Positions 38,517 through 47,689 of a DNA stretch of 64,000 nucleotides are shown piece after piece. Under the pieces are notes generated by a model. That model was not told where the DNA came from. It did no database searches and saw nothing but the letters and a program-made list of their open reading frames with translations. Numbering within the stretch: position 1 is the stretch's first letter; each line of letters starts with the position of its first letter. This DNA is from an uncultured Alphaproteobacteria bacterium (GTDB lineage: Bacteria > Pseudomonadota > Alphaproteobacteria > RF32 > CAG-239): contig CALXWA010000004.1 in assembly GCA_944392275.1 (NCBI GenBank), positions 20,562-84,561 of the forward strand. Reading direction: 5' to 3'. Position numbers and translations under genes: made by a program.

Positions 38517-39616
38517 CGAGCCATACCTCCGTTATTGCTTAATCCTCCGGTCATAGAAGATTCATCCAAGGGCAAAAATCCATAATGCTTTAACCAACGG
38601 ACATCCGATTCAAAGAAAGTTCTCAAATCCGGAATACCATATTTTAACATGGCCAAACGGTCAATTCCGACCCCAAAAGCAAACCCTTGGTATTCATTCG
38701 GATCAATTCCGCCGGCTTCCAAAACTCGCGGATGAACCATCCCGCAACCCAAAATTTCCAGCCAATCCGTTCCGGCACCAATTTTAAGCTCGGTTTTTGT
38801 CTTTTTACAACCGATATCCATCTCAGCTGATGGTTCCGTAAACGGGAAATAAGACGGACGATAACGAACCGGAATTTCATCCAATTCAAAAAACGCTTTT
38901 ACAAAGTCATACAAACACCCCTTAAGATGAGCCATGGTAATATTTTTATCAATTACCAAACCTTCAACCTGATGGAACATGGGGGTATGCGTCGCATCAT
39001 AATCAGAACGATAGGTCCGTCCCGGAGCAATAACCCGAATAGGAGGTCTTTTAGCCTCCATCGTCCGAATTTGGACCGGAGAAGTATGGGTTCTAACCAC
39101 ATAACTATCATCAAAATCATCACTGTCTGGATTAGGAATATAGAAAGTATCCTGCATCTGGCGAGCCGGATGGTTTGCAGGCATATTTAAGGCATTAAAA
39201 TTATGGAATTGGTCTTCAATATCCGGACCTTCTGCAACCTCAAAACCCATTTCACCAAAAATAGCAACAACTTCTTCATAAATTTTGCTAACTGGATGAA
39301 TACGTCCTTGATTTTCCGGCCGAATAGGAAGTGTCACATCAATTGTTTCAGCCGCCAGTTTACGATTCAATTCTTGTGCTTCCAAAACTTTTTTCTGTGC
39401 TTCCAAAGCCGCCTCAACTTCGGACTTTAAGATATTGAGTGTTTTACCCATTTCCTTTTTCTCTTCAACGGATAAAGCCCCCAAACCTTTCATCAGTTCG
39501 GTAATTTTACCTTTTTTACCCAATACGGATACCCTAATCTCCTCCAACGTTTTAATATCGGAGGCATTTTTAATTGCTGTCACAATTTCGGTCTTAAGAT
39601 TTTCTGTATTTTCCAT
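38513..39616 (-). CDS. pheS: phenylalanine--tRNA ligase alpha subunit
   Basis: Class II aaRS motifs (FHNFNALNMPANHPARQMQDTFYI). Trimmed to the ATG at 39616 (MENTENLK...). Overlaps pheT by 4 nt. Confidence 0.9.
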   Translation of the reverse strand: MENTENLKTEIVTAIKNASDIKTLEEIRVSVLGKKGKITELMKGLGALSVEEKKEMGKTLNILKSEVEAALEAQKKVLEAQELNRKLAAETIDVTLPIRPENQGRIHPVSKIYEEVVAIFGEMGFEVAEGPDIEDQFHNFNALNMPANHPARQMQDTFYIPNPDSDDFDDSYVVRTHTSPVQIRTMEAKRPPIRVIAPGRTYRSDYDATHTPMFHQVEGLVIDKNITMAHLKGCLYDFVKAFFELDEIPVRYRPSYFPFTEPSAEMDIGCKKTKTELKIGAGTDWLEILGCGMVHPRVLEAGGIDPNEYQGFAFGVGIDRLAMLKYGIPDLRTFFESDVRWLKHYGFLPLDESSMTGGLSNNGGMAR

Positions 39617-39719
39617 TTTTCCACCATCAAAAAATTTTGCATACCTGCCGGATTTAAAAAAGTAAAAGAGTCTAACCTGATTGCTCAAGCTGACTCTCTT
39701 ACGATAATTTAGAATATTC

Positions 39720-40079
39720 TTATTTGCTCAAAGAAGCCTTAACTTGGTCAACCAATTTAGCGAAAGTTTCGGGCTCTTTAACAGCGATATCTGCCAACAC
39801 TTTACGATCAAGCTCAATCCCTGCTTTGTTGAGCCCGCTCATAAATCGGGAGTATGTCATATCATACATACGTGTTGCAGCATTAATTCTCTGAATCCAC
39901 AAAGAACGGAAATTTCTCTTCTTTGCTCTACGATCACGATAAGCATATTGTAATGCTTTTTCAACTTTTTCAACGGCTACTCTGAAAACATTCTTATTAC
40001 GACCTCTGTAACCTTTAGCCATATTTAAAACTTTTTTATGACGAGCACGAGCCGTTACACCTCTTTTAATACGAGACAT
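39720..40079 (-). CDS. rplT: 50S ribosomal protein L20
   Basis: [16 protein letters not shown]... and the canonical L20 sequence; 119 aa. Confidence 0.95.
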   Translation of the reverse strand: MSRIKRGVTARARHKKVLNMAKGYRGRNKNVFRVAVEKVEKALQYAYRDRRAKKRNFRSLWIQRINAATRMYDMTYSRFMSGLNKAGIELDRKVLADIAVKEPETFAKLVDQVKASLSK

Positions 40080-40091
40080 CTTTCTTTACTC

Positions 40092-40289
40092 CTACAAATA
40101 CGGTAAAAATTGTTTAACAATCTGAACATCAACATTAGAAACCAATGTTGTGCCGCGAGCTTGTCTTTTCATTTTTTGAGTTTTGCAGAAGAGGCAGTGT
40201 CTCTTTTTAGCAAAATTTCTTTTCAATTTGCCGGTGCCGGTAACGCTGAAACGTTTTTTTACAGCACTTTTTGTTTTTAATTTAGGCAT
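40092..40289 (-). CDS. rpmI: 50S ribosomal protein L35
   Basis: Trimmed to the ATG at 40289: MPKLKTKSAVKKRFSVTGTGKLKR...; 65 aa. Confidence 0.9.
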   Translation of the reverse strand: MPKLKTKSAVKKRFSVTGTGKLKRNFAKKRHCLFCKTQKMKRQARGTTLVSNVDVQIVKQFLPYL

Positions 40290-40379
40290 TTTAATCCCTT
40301 TCAAATTCAATCATTAAACTTGGATTTATCAGGAGTCGTCAGGCATGCCAATTCGCCCGGTGGACTCTCAACGAGAGGA

Positions 40380-40408
40380 TTTATACACTCTAATCCACCC
40401 AATTGCAA
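40380..40408 (-). promoter_or_regulatory. candidate sigma-70 promoter TTGCAA-N17-TATAAA for rpmI-rplT-pheST, with an about 80-nt structured leader
   Basis: Minus-strand -35 at 40408..40403 and -10 at 40385..40380. The leader contains a GGCATGCC palindrome and paired GAGTC...GACTC segments. It may be an L20 autoregulatory leader. Confidence 0.4.
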
Positions 40409-40434
40409 GCATTTTTTGCAAAAAAGCTGTCGTT

Positions 40435-41157
40435 TTAATAAAAATTTTTATCACTGACAAAGGTGCTGGCACGCATATCAATCAACTTTCCGTCTTGCAA
40501 CTTCACACACCGATCCATCCGATCCGCCAATTCAAAATTATGTGTTGCAATCAAGGCCGACAACCCCGTTTCTTTAACAATTCCCAACAATTCGTTCAAG
40601 ACCGTTTCCGATGTCTTAGGGTCCAAATTTCCCGTAGGTTCATCGGCCAATAACAACTTAGGTGCATTTGCCAAAGCTCTGGCAATCGCCACACGTTGTT
40701 GCTCACCGCCCGATAGTTCGGCCGGACGATGCTTAAAACGTTTTTCCAACCCCAAACGACGCAATAACCACTCGGCCCTCTCGCGGGCTTCTTTTACCTT
40801 TGTATTGGCAATAAGCTGCGGCAACATCACATTTTCCACCGCATCAAAATCAGCCAACAAATTATGGTATTGATAAACAAAGCCCAAATAATCCCGCCGA
40901 AGTAATGTTCTCATTCCATCTCCGAGCTTAGAGCAACGTTGTCCGTCTAAATAGATTTCCCCCTTGCTGGGTTGTTCCAACAATCCGGCAATTTGTAATA
41001 AGGTTGACTTTCCCGATCCGGAAGGTCCGATTAAAGCAACCACCTCGCCTTTTTCAATATCCAAACTAACACCGCGTAAAACTTCCAGATTTTGAGAACC
41101 TTGCTTAAAACTGCGATGCACATTTTTAAGCTCTAATGTCGGAGCAATTTTATTCAT
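40435..41157 (-). CDS. lolD: lipoprotein-releasing system ATP-binding protein
   Basis: ABC ATPase (GPSGSGKST, LSGGEQQRVAIARAL, LLLADEPTGNLD) encoded directly after lolC/E. Trimmed to the ATG at 41157. Confidence 0.8.
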   Translation of the reverse strand: MNKIAPTLELKNVHRSFKQGSQNLEVLRGVSLDIEKGEVVALIGPSGSGKSTLLQIAGLLEQPSKGEIYLDGQRCSKLGDGMRTLLRRDYLGFVYQYHNLLADFDAVENVMLPQLIANTKVKEARERAEWLLRRLGLEKRFKHRPAELSGGEQQRVAIARALANAPKLLLADEPTGNLDPKTSETVLNELLGIVKETGLSALIATHNFELADRMDRCVKLQDGKLIDMRASTFVSDKNFY

Positions 41158-42397
41158 AACGCAAAGCCTCCACCGGATCAAATTTTGCAGCCCGATAAGC
41201 CGGGTAAAGTGTTGCCAAGAACGACAAGAGCAACGAAATTAACGCAACTGTCAAAACCTCTAAATTATCAACCCTTGCCGGCAGTTTGGATAAGAAATAA
41301 ATTTCTGCCGAAAATAAATCTCTTCCGGCAATATTTTGCAAAAACTGCCGTATATTTTCAATATTGTGGCAAAACCACAACCCCAAAATCAAACCGATAG
41401 AAGTCCCGACAACCCCGATAAAGGCCCCATCCATAAAAAAGATCCGCATAATCATCCCTTTGCTGGCTCCCATCGTTCTCAACACGGCAATATCTCTTCC
41501 TTTATCCTTAACCAACATAATTAAGCCGGTAATAATGTTAAACGCCGCCACCAAAATAATTAAGGTCAAAATCAAAAACATAACATTGCGTTCAACATCA
41601 ATAGCATTAAAAAACGCCGCATTGGATTGTTTCCAATCATAGACATAAGCCCCGGCTCCGACACTCTCTTCAATGACCTTCCGAACACTGCGTAAGACAC
41701 TCTCATCATCTAACGTAACGTCAATATGAGTAACCGCACCCTTTAAGCCAAAATAGGTTTGAGCCGCCTCTAAAGGCATAAAGATAAAATTAGAATCATA
41801 TTCATACATTCCGACATCAAATGTCCCGATAACCTGATAGGACTTCATTCTCGGCACACTGCCAAACGCCGTAACTTTTCCGTTAGGAGAAATTAACGTA
41901 ATCTTGTCTCCGGGAACAATTCCCATCTTAGTTGCCAAACGCACGCCCATAATAACGTTGTCACCGGAAAAATCCTTCAAATCAACATTTTTCATACTGT
42001 TGGCCAAGATAGGCTTTTTCATCAAATCTTCGGCACGAAGACCTCGTACCATAGCCCCCTCGGCGGCCTTTCCGGCACTAACCAATAATTGATTTTCAAT
42101 CATCGGTATCACAATTTGAACATGTTCAATTTCAGCCAAATCTTTAACAGCTTCTTTGTAATTGTTAAACGGATACCCCAAAGGAGACATAATCCCAATA
42201 TGCCCGTTAATCCCCAAAATTCGAGACAACAACTCATGCCGAAAACCATTCATAACCGACATCACAATAATCAACGTTGCCACCCCCAGAGCAATCCCCG
42301 TAAAAGCAAAACCGGTAATAACAGAGATAAATCCCTCTTTTCTCTTGGCTCGTAAATACCTTTTAGCAACCAATCTCTCAAATTTTGAAAATAACAT
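41150..42397 (-). CDS. lolC: lipoprotein-releasing system transmembrane permease LolC/LolE
   Basis: FtsX-like 4-TM permease with a large periplasmic loop; 415 aa; N-terminal KRYLRAKRKEGFISV motif. Confidence 0.8.
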   Translation of the reverse strand: MLFSKFERLVAKRYLRAKRKEGFISVITGFAFTGIALGVATLIIVMSVMNGFRHELLSRILGINGHIGIMSPLGYPFNNYKEAVKDLAEIEHVQIVIPMIENQLLVSAGKAAEGAMVRGLRAEDLMKKPILANSMKNVDLKDFSGDNVIMGVRLATKMGIVPGDKITLISPNGKVTAFGSVPRMKSYQVIGTFDVGMYEYDSNFIFMPLEAAQTYFGLKGAVTHIDVTLDDESVLRSVRKVIEESVGAGAYVYDWKQSNAAFFNAIDVERNVMFLILTLIILVAAFNIITGLIMLVKDKGRDIAVLRTMGASKGMIMRIFFMDGAFIGVVGTSIGLILGLWFCHNIENIRQFLQNIAGRDLFSAEIYFLSKLPARVDNLEVLTVALISLLLSFLATLYPAYRAAKFDPVEALRYE

Positions 42398-42571
42398 TCT
42401 TCTTCTCCAAACTACTTTTCCGTTATAGTTTGTTTATCTGAAGATGACAACCGCTCCCATTGACAATGTGTATAAAAAAAACACAGTTCCATAAATAATC
42501 CGCCAAAATAAAAATAAAAAAAAGCACCCCGTTAAGACGAAGTGCCTTTTTAACAAAAGAAACGACAACCT

Positions 42572-43255
42572 CTATTTGGTCGATTTAACCGCCATTTTTT
42601 GGTTTGCCAACAATCCTTCAGAAATCTGTAAATTTGTCATAATCAAACTATCCAAAGCTTTATCATTGACTTTATGAACATTTTTACCAATTTCTATCGT
42701 TTTGGAGGAAATATAATCCGCCAATTTAATCAGATTAGATTTTGTTTCATGAGGCATTTGGGTATTTTTGTCATTCACCATGGTTTTTATATAAACCCAT
42801 AAGTTCATGTTATTATCCAAAGCCGCAACCAAATCTTTGGCATCTTTATTTTCTTTAGCATTGGATAAATCGACGGCACATTTCAATAACGAAAAGGCTT
42901 CTTCTTTTGCCAAAGAATTTTTAACGGATTCCAACAAACCTTCTGAGATTTGCATGTTAATATTAATCAGGTTTTCATAATCTCCTTTTGTCATCCGTAT
43001 CCCTTTACTCAAGGTCAAACGTTCGACATATTTGGAAAGACTGATTAAATTCTTTTTAATTTCTTCCGGAAGCAAGTTCTTTGCGTTTTTGAGTGATGTT
43101 TCTATCCCAACCCATAATTTTAAATTTTCATCCAAAACCGTCAACTTAAACACTTCGTCATTGCTTTCGGCAGCCTCGGACAAATGTCTGGCATAATTAA
43201 GCAATACGGCAGCTTCTTTTTCGGCCTGTCTGATTTGATTTGTGGTATTTACCAT
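42572..43255 (-). CDS. flaF: FlaF-like flagellar regulatory protein, internally duplicated (two tandem FlaF-like modules)
   Basis: Two homologous halves, each with L-x-x-N-x-x-LW, a LS/ADY(V/I) segment and NLQISEGLL. Single FlaF proteins are about 110-120 aa. Directly downstream of flgH. Trimmed to the ATG at 43255, preceded by an AAGGAAG RBS. Confidence 0.5.
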   Translation of the reverse strand: MVNTTNQIRQAEKEAAVLLNYARHLSEAAESNDEVFKLTVLDENLKLWVGIETSLKNAKNLLPEEIKKNLISLSKYVERLTLSKGIRMTKGDYENLININMQISEGLLESVKNSLAKEEAFSLLKCAVDLSNAKENKDAKDLVAALDNNMNLWVYIKTMVNDKNTQMPHETKSNLIKLADYISSKTIEIGKNVHKVNDKALDSLIMTNLQISEGLLANQKMAVKSTK

Positions 43256-43492
43256 GTTTGCTTCCTTACAATACATATATTTTTTATTTTAATCTAATAA
43301 GCAGATGCAGATTTTAAACCCTTGCGGTTAAAATTTATTTAAAGACCTGCCTTTAATCGATTGGGGAAATAACTAAAGACAGGTCTTTGGGGAATTTGGC
43401 AGCTTTAGGGAAAAGGCTGCCTTAATTTTAAGAAAAAATGGGGAGATTTTTTCTTAAAAACACTTCATAATAATAAGAAAGGGTTTAAGTCT

Positions 43493-44254
43493 TTAGAACG
43501 GAGCAATAATGTCTAACACCTGACGCCCGTATCTTGGTTGTTGAACATCCGAAACAACACCCTGCCCGCCATAAGAAACGCGAAGTTCGGCAATTTTGCT
43601 TGATTCAATTGTATTATCGGAACTAATATCGGCTCGGCGGATAATGCCGCGGACCAACAAGCGTCTAACCTCATAACTAACGCGAATTTCCTGCGTTCCT
43701 TCAATGACCAAATTACCGTTCGGCAAAACCTGCGTTACAACGGCAGCCATCGTCATATCAATCTTTTCTTGGCGATCCACTTTTCCGTCGGCAGAAATTT
43801 CCCGGTTAGAATTAATATCGAGCATTGCAGACGGCTCAACGGCATCCGGTAAATAATCTTTCAAATAACTTTCATAACCGGCTAACGCTCCGATTCCCAT
43901 AGAATCTTTGTTATCATCCCGATTCTGCTCCATTTCATTTTCCATTAAAGCATTATCTTTGGCAGAAACCTTAACCGTAATAATATCACCGACTTTGGAC
44001 GCTCTCTGATCCTTAAAGAACCCGCTGGAGCCAGCCTTCCATAATGAATTGGGATTATTTTTGGCTTCAACCGTCTTAGGCATCGGCATAGAAACGGGTT
44101 CATAATCTTTTGCCTCAACCGGATTAACAATCGGTGTCAACGGTGGTTCCTGTCCGACTTGTTGTAATCTGGACCACATTCCGCATCCCGATAAGGAAGT
44201 TGTCATCATCAAAATCAACGTTCCCTTTAACAAATTTTGCTTAACTTTTTTCAT
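43493..44254 (-). CDS. flgH: flagellar L-ring lipoprotein
   Basis: Lipobox (SLSGCG) and FlgH core (GNLVIEGTQEIRVSYEVRRLLVRGII...); 253 aa. Confidence 0.9.
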   Translation of the reverse strand: MKKVKQNLLKGTLILMMTTSLSGCGMWSRLQQVGQEPPLTPIVNPVEAKDYEPVSMPMPKTVEAKNNPNSLWKAGSSGFFKDQRASKVGDIITVKVSAKDNALMENEMEQNRDDNKDSMGIGALAGYESYLKDYLPDAVEPSAMLDINSNREISADGKVDRQEKIDMTMAAVVTQVLPNGNLVIEGTQEIRVSYEVRRLLVRGIIRRADISSDNTIESSKIAELRVSYGGQGVVSDVQQPRYGRQVLDIIAPF

Positions 44255-44274
44255 CTCTAATAGTCCCCCAGCTA

Positions 44275-44988
44275 TTATTCTTGAATTTCAACGGTTTCAG
44301 CCCCGGTTACTCTTGCCTGAAACTTTTTGCCGCTTTTTAAGTTTGTCATTCCGATCATTTGACCGGCAGCTCCATCTTCTAAGGCCTCGGCTTTGGTCGT
44401 AATTTGCAACCCTTTTGCTTTATAAACCGCCGTTACGATTTTTCCTTTTTTAATAAGAATAACTTGTCCGATATCTCGATCCGTAAACATCTTTCCGGCT
44501 TTCATTGTCTTTTTAACCTCAGACCCGACAAGCTTTTCCAACTCGGTCACATGAGAACTCTTAATTCTGTTTTCCCGAACCGAAATTGTTTTCAACATAT
44601 CTTCCGTAAGAACGGTCCCTTTTTCAATATCTTCTGCAGGCACCCAAACATTTTGCAAAAGGTAATAACGTCCGTTCAAAATTGTTTTATCTTTTGCAAC
44701 CCCATCGGCAAAAATTTCCGCCGTTGCTGAAAACTTATTTTGTTCCTCATCATATTTTAAATGAGAAACCATCACTTTGAGCTTTTGGACATTTTCAAAA
44801 GAATAAGAGGTTTTTCCGCCAAACAATTCCAATTCCATCGGGGTATCAACACCTTCTTCCGCAAACTCTTTCTTAATTGCAGAGATCATATCATCTTCGG
44901 TTAAAACCGCTAAAGATGCCGCATAAACCGATGAAACAAAAGACAACGCAAAAACGAAAATTCCCCAAAACTTATTCATTTTTCCCAT
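44275..44988 (-). CDS. flgA: flagellar basal-body P-ring formation chaperone
   Basis: Signal peptide and a C-terminal SAF domain (AGQMIGMTNLKSGKKFQARVTGAETVEI). Position between flgG and flgH matches Caulobacter-type operons. Confidence 0.7.
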   Translation of the reverse strand: MGKMNKFWGIFVFALSFVSSVYAASLAVLTEDDMISAIKKEFAEEGVDTPMELELFGGKTSYSFENVQKLKVMVSHLKYDEEQNKFSATAEIFADGVAKDKTILNGRYYLLQNVWVPAEDIEKGTVLTEDMLKTISVRENRIKSSHVTELEKLVGSEVKKTMKAGKMFTDRDIGQVILIKKGKIVTAVYKAKGLQITTKAEALEDGAAGQMIGMTNLKSGKKFQARVTGAETVEIQE

Positions 44989-44995
44989 CCAAAGA

Positions 44996-45784
44996 TTAAC
45001 GCAACTGATTAACCGTATTTAGCATCTGATCGGCCGTCGAAATAATTTTAGAATTCAATTCATAAGCTCGTTGTGCCGAAACAAGCTCCGTCACTTCAGT
45101 AACCGCATCAACGTTTGAAGTTATCAAATACCCTTGCAAAATAGACCCGAAACCTTCCGTATCCGGATTATCTAAAATCGGAGCCCCCGAGGCAACTGTT
45201 TCCGTAAACATATTGTCACCGATGGCTTCCAAACCGGCCTCATTCGGGAAAGTTGCCAATTCCAACTGTCCGACATTGACCTCATCGGTTTCCCCGTCTT
45301 GCTTTACCCATACTTCACCGGAGGCATTAACATATACTTCAACAGCATCATCGGGAATTGTAATTTCAGGTTGAACAATATAACCATCGTGGGTAACAAT
45401 CACACCATCGCCGTTTCTTTGGAAAGCACCATCACGAGTATAGCCAATTCCTTTTCCTTCCGGCAATTCAATCTGAAAATAACCTCTCCCGCGGATAGCC
45501 AAATCCAAAGTATTATCCGTTTTGGTCAAACCGCCCCCTTCGGTAATACGATAAACGGCAGCCGTTCTAACACCAAGTCCCAGTTGAATTCCAGACGGAA
45601 CAATGGTTTGATCTGCGGTAGACGCAGACCCCGGACGTACAATATTTTGATACAACAAATCATTAAATTCGGCACGGCGCTTGGTATAAGCCGTCGTGTT
45701 CATATTAGCAATGTTATTGGAAATTACGTCAACGTTGGTTTGTTGTGCCAACATTCCGGTTGCTCCGATATCTAATGCTCTCAT
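44996..45784 (-). CDS. flgG: flagellar basal-body rod protein
   Basis: Rod-protein N-terminus (DIGATGMLAQQTNVDVISNNIANMNTTAY) and C-terminal SAQRAYELNSKII. The ORF-track start is a TTG; trimmed to the ATG at 45784. Confidence 0.9.
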   Translation of the reverse strand: MRALDIGATGMLAQQTNVDVISNNIANMNTTAYTKRRAEFNDLLYQNIVRPGSASTADQTIVPSGIQLGLGVRTAAVYRITEGGGLTKTDNTLDLAIRGRGYFQIELPEGKGIGYTRDGAFQRNGDGVIVTHDGYIVQPEITIPDDAVEVYVNASGEVWVKQDGETDEVNVGQLELATFPNEAGLEAIGDNMFTETVASGAPILDNPDTEGFGSILQGYLITSNVDAVTEVTELVSAQRAYELNSKIISTADQMLNTVNQLR

Positions 45785-45805
45785 AATTCTTTTCCCCTCC
45801 AAAAA

Positions 45806-46549
45806 TTATGCTAATTCCGCATAAGTTGAAATTGTATTAGAAATTCGATCATGTTCTTCATCAATCATCTGTTGAACATATTCATAACTCCGTTGCAAAT
45901 TAATCAACTTCGTCATTTCACTGATTGGCTCAACATTAGATTTTTCAACTGTTCCCTGAGCCACAATTGCTTGGTTTGACCCATAAATAACCGGATTTCC
46001 CTCAACATTATCAAAGAGAGTACCGGCAATTTTTAACAATTTTTGATTATCTTCAAAATGAGCCAATTTCAAACGGCCGATTAACCCGTTTTCCGTCAGC
46101 ACATCTCCGTTTTCGGCAATGGTAATTTCTTTTTCACCCGGAGCAAAAAAGAAAGGATCATTTGTTTCAGAAAGGACAACCGCCCCGTCATTAGTAACCA
46201 ACTTTCCATCAGCATCTAAAGAAAATTGACCTTTACGAGTGTATTTTTCCCCATTAGCCGTTTCCACACAAAAGAAGGCATCGCCTTTTATGGCAACATC
46301 AAACGTATTTCCCGTATGAACAAGTGCCCCTTCTGCAAAATTCTGAAAGCTTCCAAAATCTTCGGTAAAGAAAAGCGGCTCAGCTCCAAAACCCTCAGCA
46401 TCCGGTGTTTGCACCAAATAAGATGTAAACAAAGCATCATCGGCCTTATACCCGGAAGTATTCATGTTGGCCATATTATTGGAAACAATATCCATCTGTT
46501 TCCACAAAGCCATTTGCCGCGATAAAGCGATATAATTTGTATTATCCAT
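45806..46549 (-). CDS. flgF: flagellar basal-body rod protein
   Basis: Rod-protein N-terminal (SNNMANMNTSGYKADD) and C-terminal (LQRSYEYVQQMI) motifs; 247 aa. Confidence 0.9.
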   Translation of the reverse strand: MDNTNYIALSRQMALWKQMDIVSNNMANMNTSGYKADDALFTSYLVQTPDAEGFGAEPLFFTEDFGSFQNFAEGALVHTGNTFDVAIKGDAFFCVETANGEKYTRKGQFSLDADGKLVTNDGAVVLSETNDPFFFAPGEKEITIAENGDVLTENGLIGRLKLAHFEDNQKLLKIAGTLFDNVEGNPVIYGSNQAIVAQGTVEKSNVEPISEMTKLINLQRSYEYVQQMIDEEHDRISNTISTYAELA

Positions 46550-46599
46550 AATATTCTCCCCAATCTTTTGGATAATTTTTCATCGATGAAAGTATATAT

Positions 46600-46614
46600 G
46601 CAATAGTCGTGCCA
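46600..46614 (-). promoter_or_regulatory. sigma-54 (RpoN) promoter TGGCAC-N5-TTGC upstream of flgF
   Basis: The minus strand reads TGGCACGACTATTGCA (46614..46599), a perfect -24 GG / -12 GC spacing. It lies 51 nt upstream of the flgF ATG. Confidence 0.7.
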
Positions 46615-46639
46615 AGTTTTAAAAAAATATTAAAAAAAA

Positions 46640-46665
46640 CAAAAAAAGGCCACAAAAGGCCTTTT
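46640..46665 (-). terminator. Rho-independent terminator of the lepB-rnc-era operon
   Basis: Hairpin AAGGCC-ACAAAA-GGCCTT, followed on the minus strand by a long T-run. Confidence 0.65.
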
Positions 46666-46765
46666 AAAATTTTGCTTATTCTAAAATCTCACGGATAAAA
46701 ATAAAATAAAAAAACAACCCGCACCTGCATGACAAATGCGACATGTTTTTCTTACGACCTACCTT

Positions 46766-47689
46766 TTAAGCGTTAAAATCCAAATTCCACGTAGAATATC
46801 TGTTGCGGTCTTCTTGCCAATGCTCCCGCACCTTAACAAACAAGAAAAGATGAACTCTTTCTTCCAGCAAATCTTCAATTTCTTTTCGGGCCGCTTGTCC
46901 AATACGTTTAATCATGGAACCACCCTTTCCCAAAACAATAATTTTCTGGTTCTCTTTTTCAACATAAATAGTTATCTCGGCACGAATAGAATGATCATCT
47001 CGACGCTCCCACAGTTCAGGTTCAACCGTCAAAGCATACGGAAGTTCTTGATGTAAAAAAATAAAAAGCTTTTCCCGAACAATTTCCGCCGCCAATAACC
47101 GCAACGGCATATCCGAAATCTGATCCTCGGGATAATACCACGGACTAACCGGAAGATGATCGGCCAGATATTTATACAAATCATCACTGCACTGCCCGGT
47201 TAAAGCCGAAATAAAAAAAGTTTCCTTAAAACATCCGGCCGCATTAATTTGGGCGCTCAAGGTCAATAACTTTTCCTTTTGCACCAAATCAATCTTATTT
47301 AACACCAAAACCGCTTCAATTTTGTTTTGTTTTAATTTGGCAACAATACTTTGTGTTTCCTCATCAAAACCACGCTTGGCATCCACAACCAAGACCACAA
47401 TATCCGCATCCTCAACCCCGTTCCACGCCGATGAAACCATCGCCCGATCCAAGCGACGCTTCGGCTTAAAAATACCGGGAGTATCCAGAAAAATTATTTG
47501 TGTATTTTCATAAATACCAATCCCCTTGACCATGGTCCGAGTGGTCTGAACTTTTGGGGAAACAATAGAGACTTTTGAGCCGACAAAATTATTGGTTATG
47601 GTAGACTTTCCGGCATTCGGAGCCCCGATAAGAGCCACAAAACCACACCGGGTTTCCAAAGGATTATCCGTTGTTGCATCCAAAACCAT
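46766..47689 (-). CDS. era: GTPase Era
   Basis: G1 GAPNAGKST, G3 DTPG, G4 NKID, and a C-terminal KH domain; 307 aa. Confidence 0.95.
   Translation of the reverse strand: MVLDATTDNPLETRCGFVALIGAPNAGKSTITNNFVGSKVSIVSPKVQTTRTMVKGIGIYENTQIIFLDTPGIFKPKRRLDRAMVSSAWNGVEDADIVVLVVDAKRGFDEETQSIVAKLKQNKIEAVLVLNKIDLVQKEKLLTLSAQINAAGCFKETFFISALTGQCSDDLYKYLADHLPVSPWYYPEDQISDMPLRLLAAEIVREKLFIFLHQELPYALTVEPELWERRDDHSIRAEITIYVEKENQKIIVLGKGGSMIKRIGQAARKEIEDLLEERVHLFLFVKVREHWQEDRNRYSTWNLDFNA

Noticed and set aside
40395-40432. A-T palindrome AGCATTTTTTGCAAAAAAGCT downstream of lolD, as a possible terminator
   Set aside because: The stem is almost entirely A-T with a 2-nt centre, so it is unlikely to fold stably. 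It overlaps the proposed rpmI promoter -35 element.
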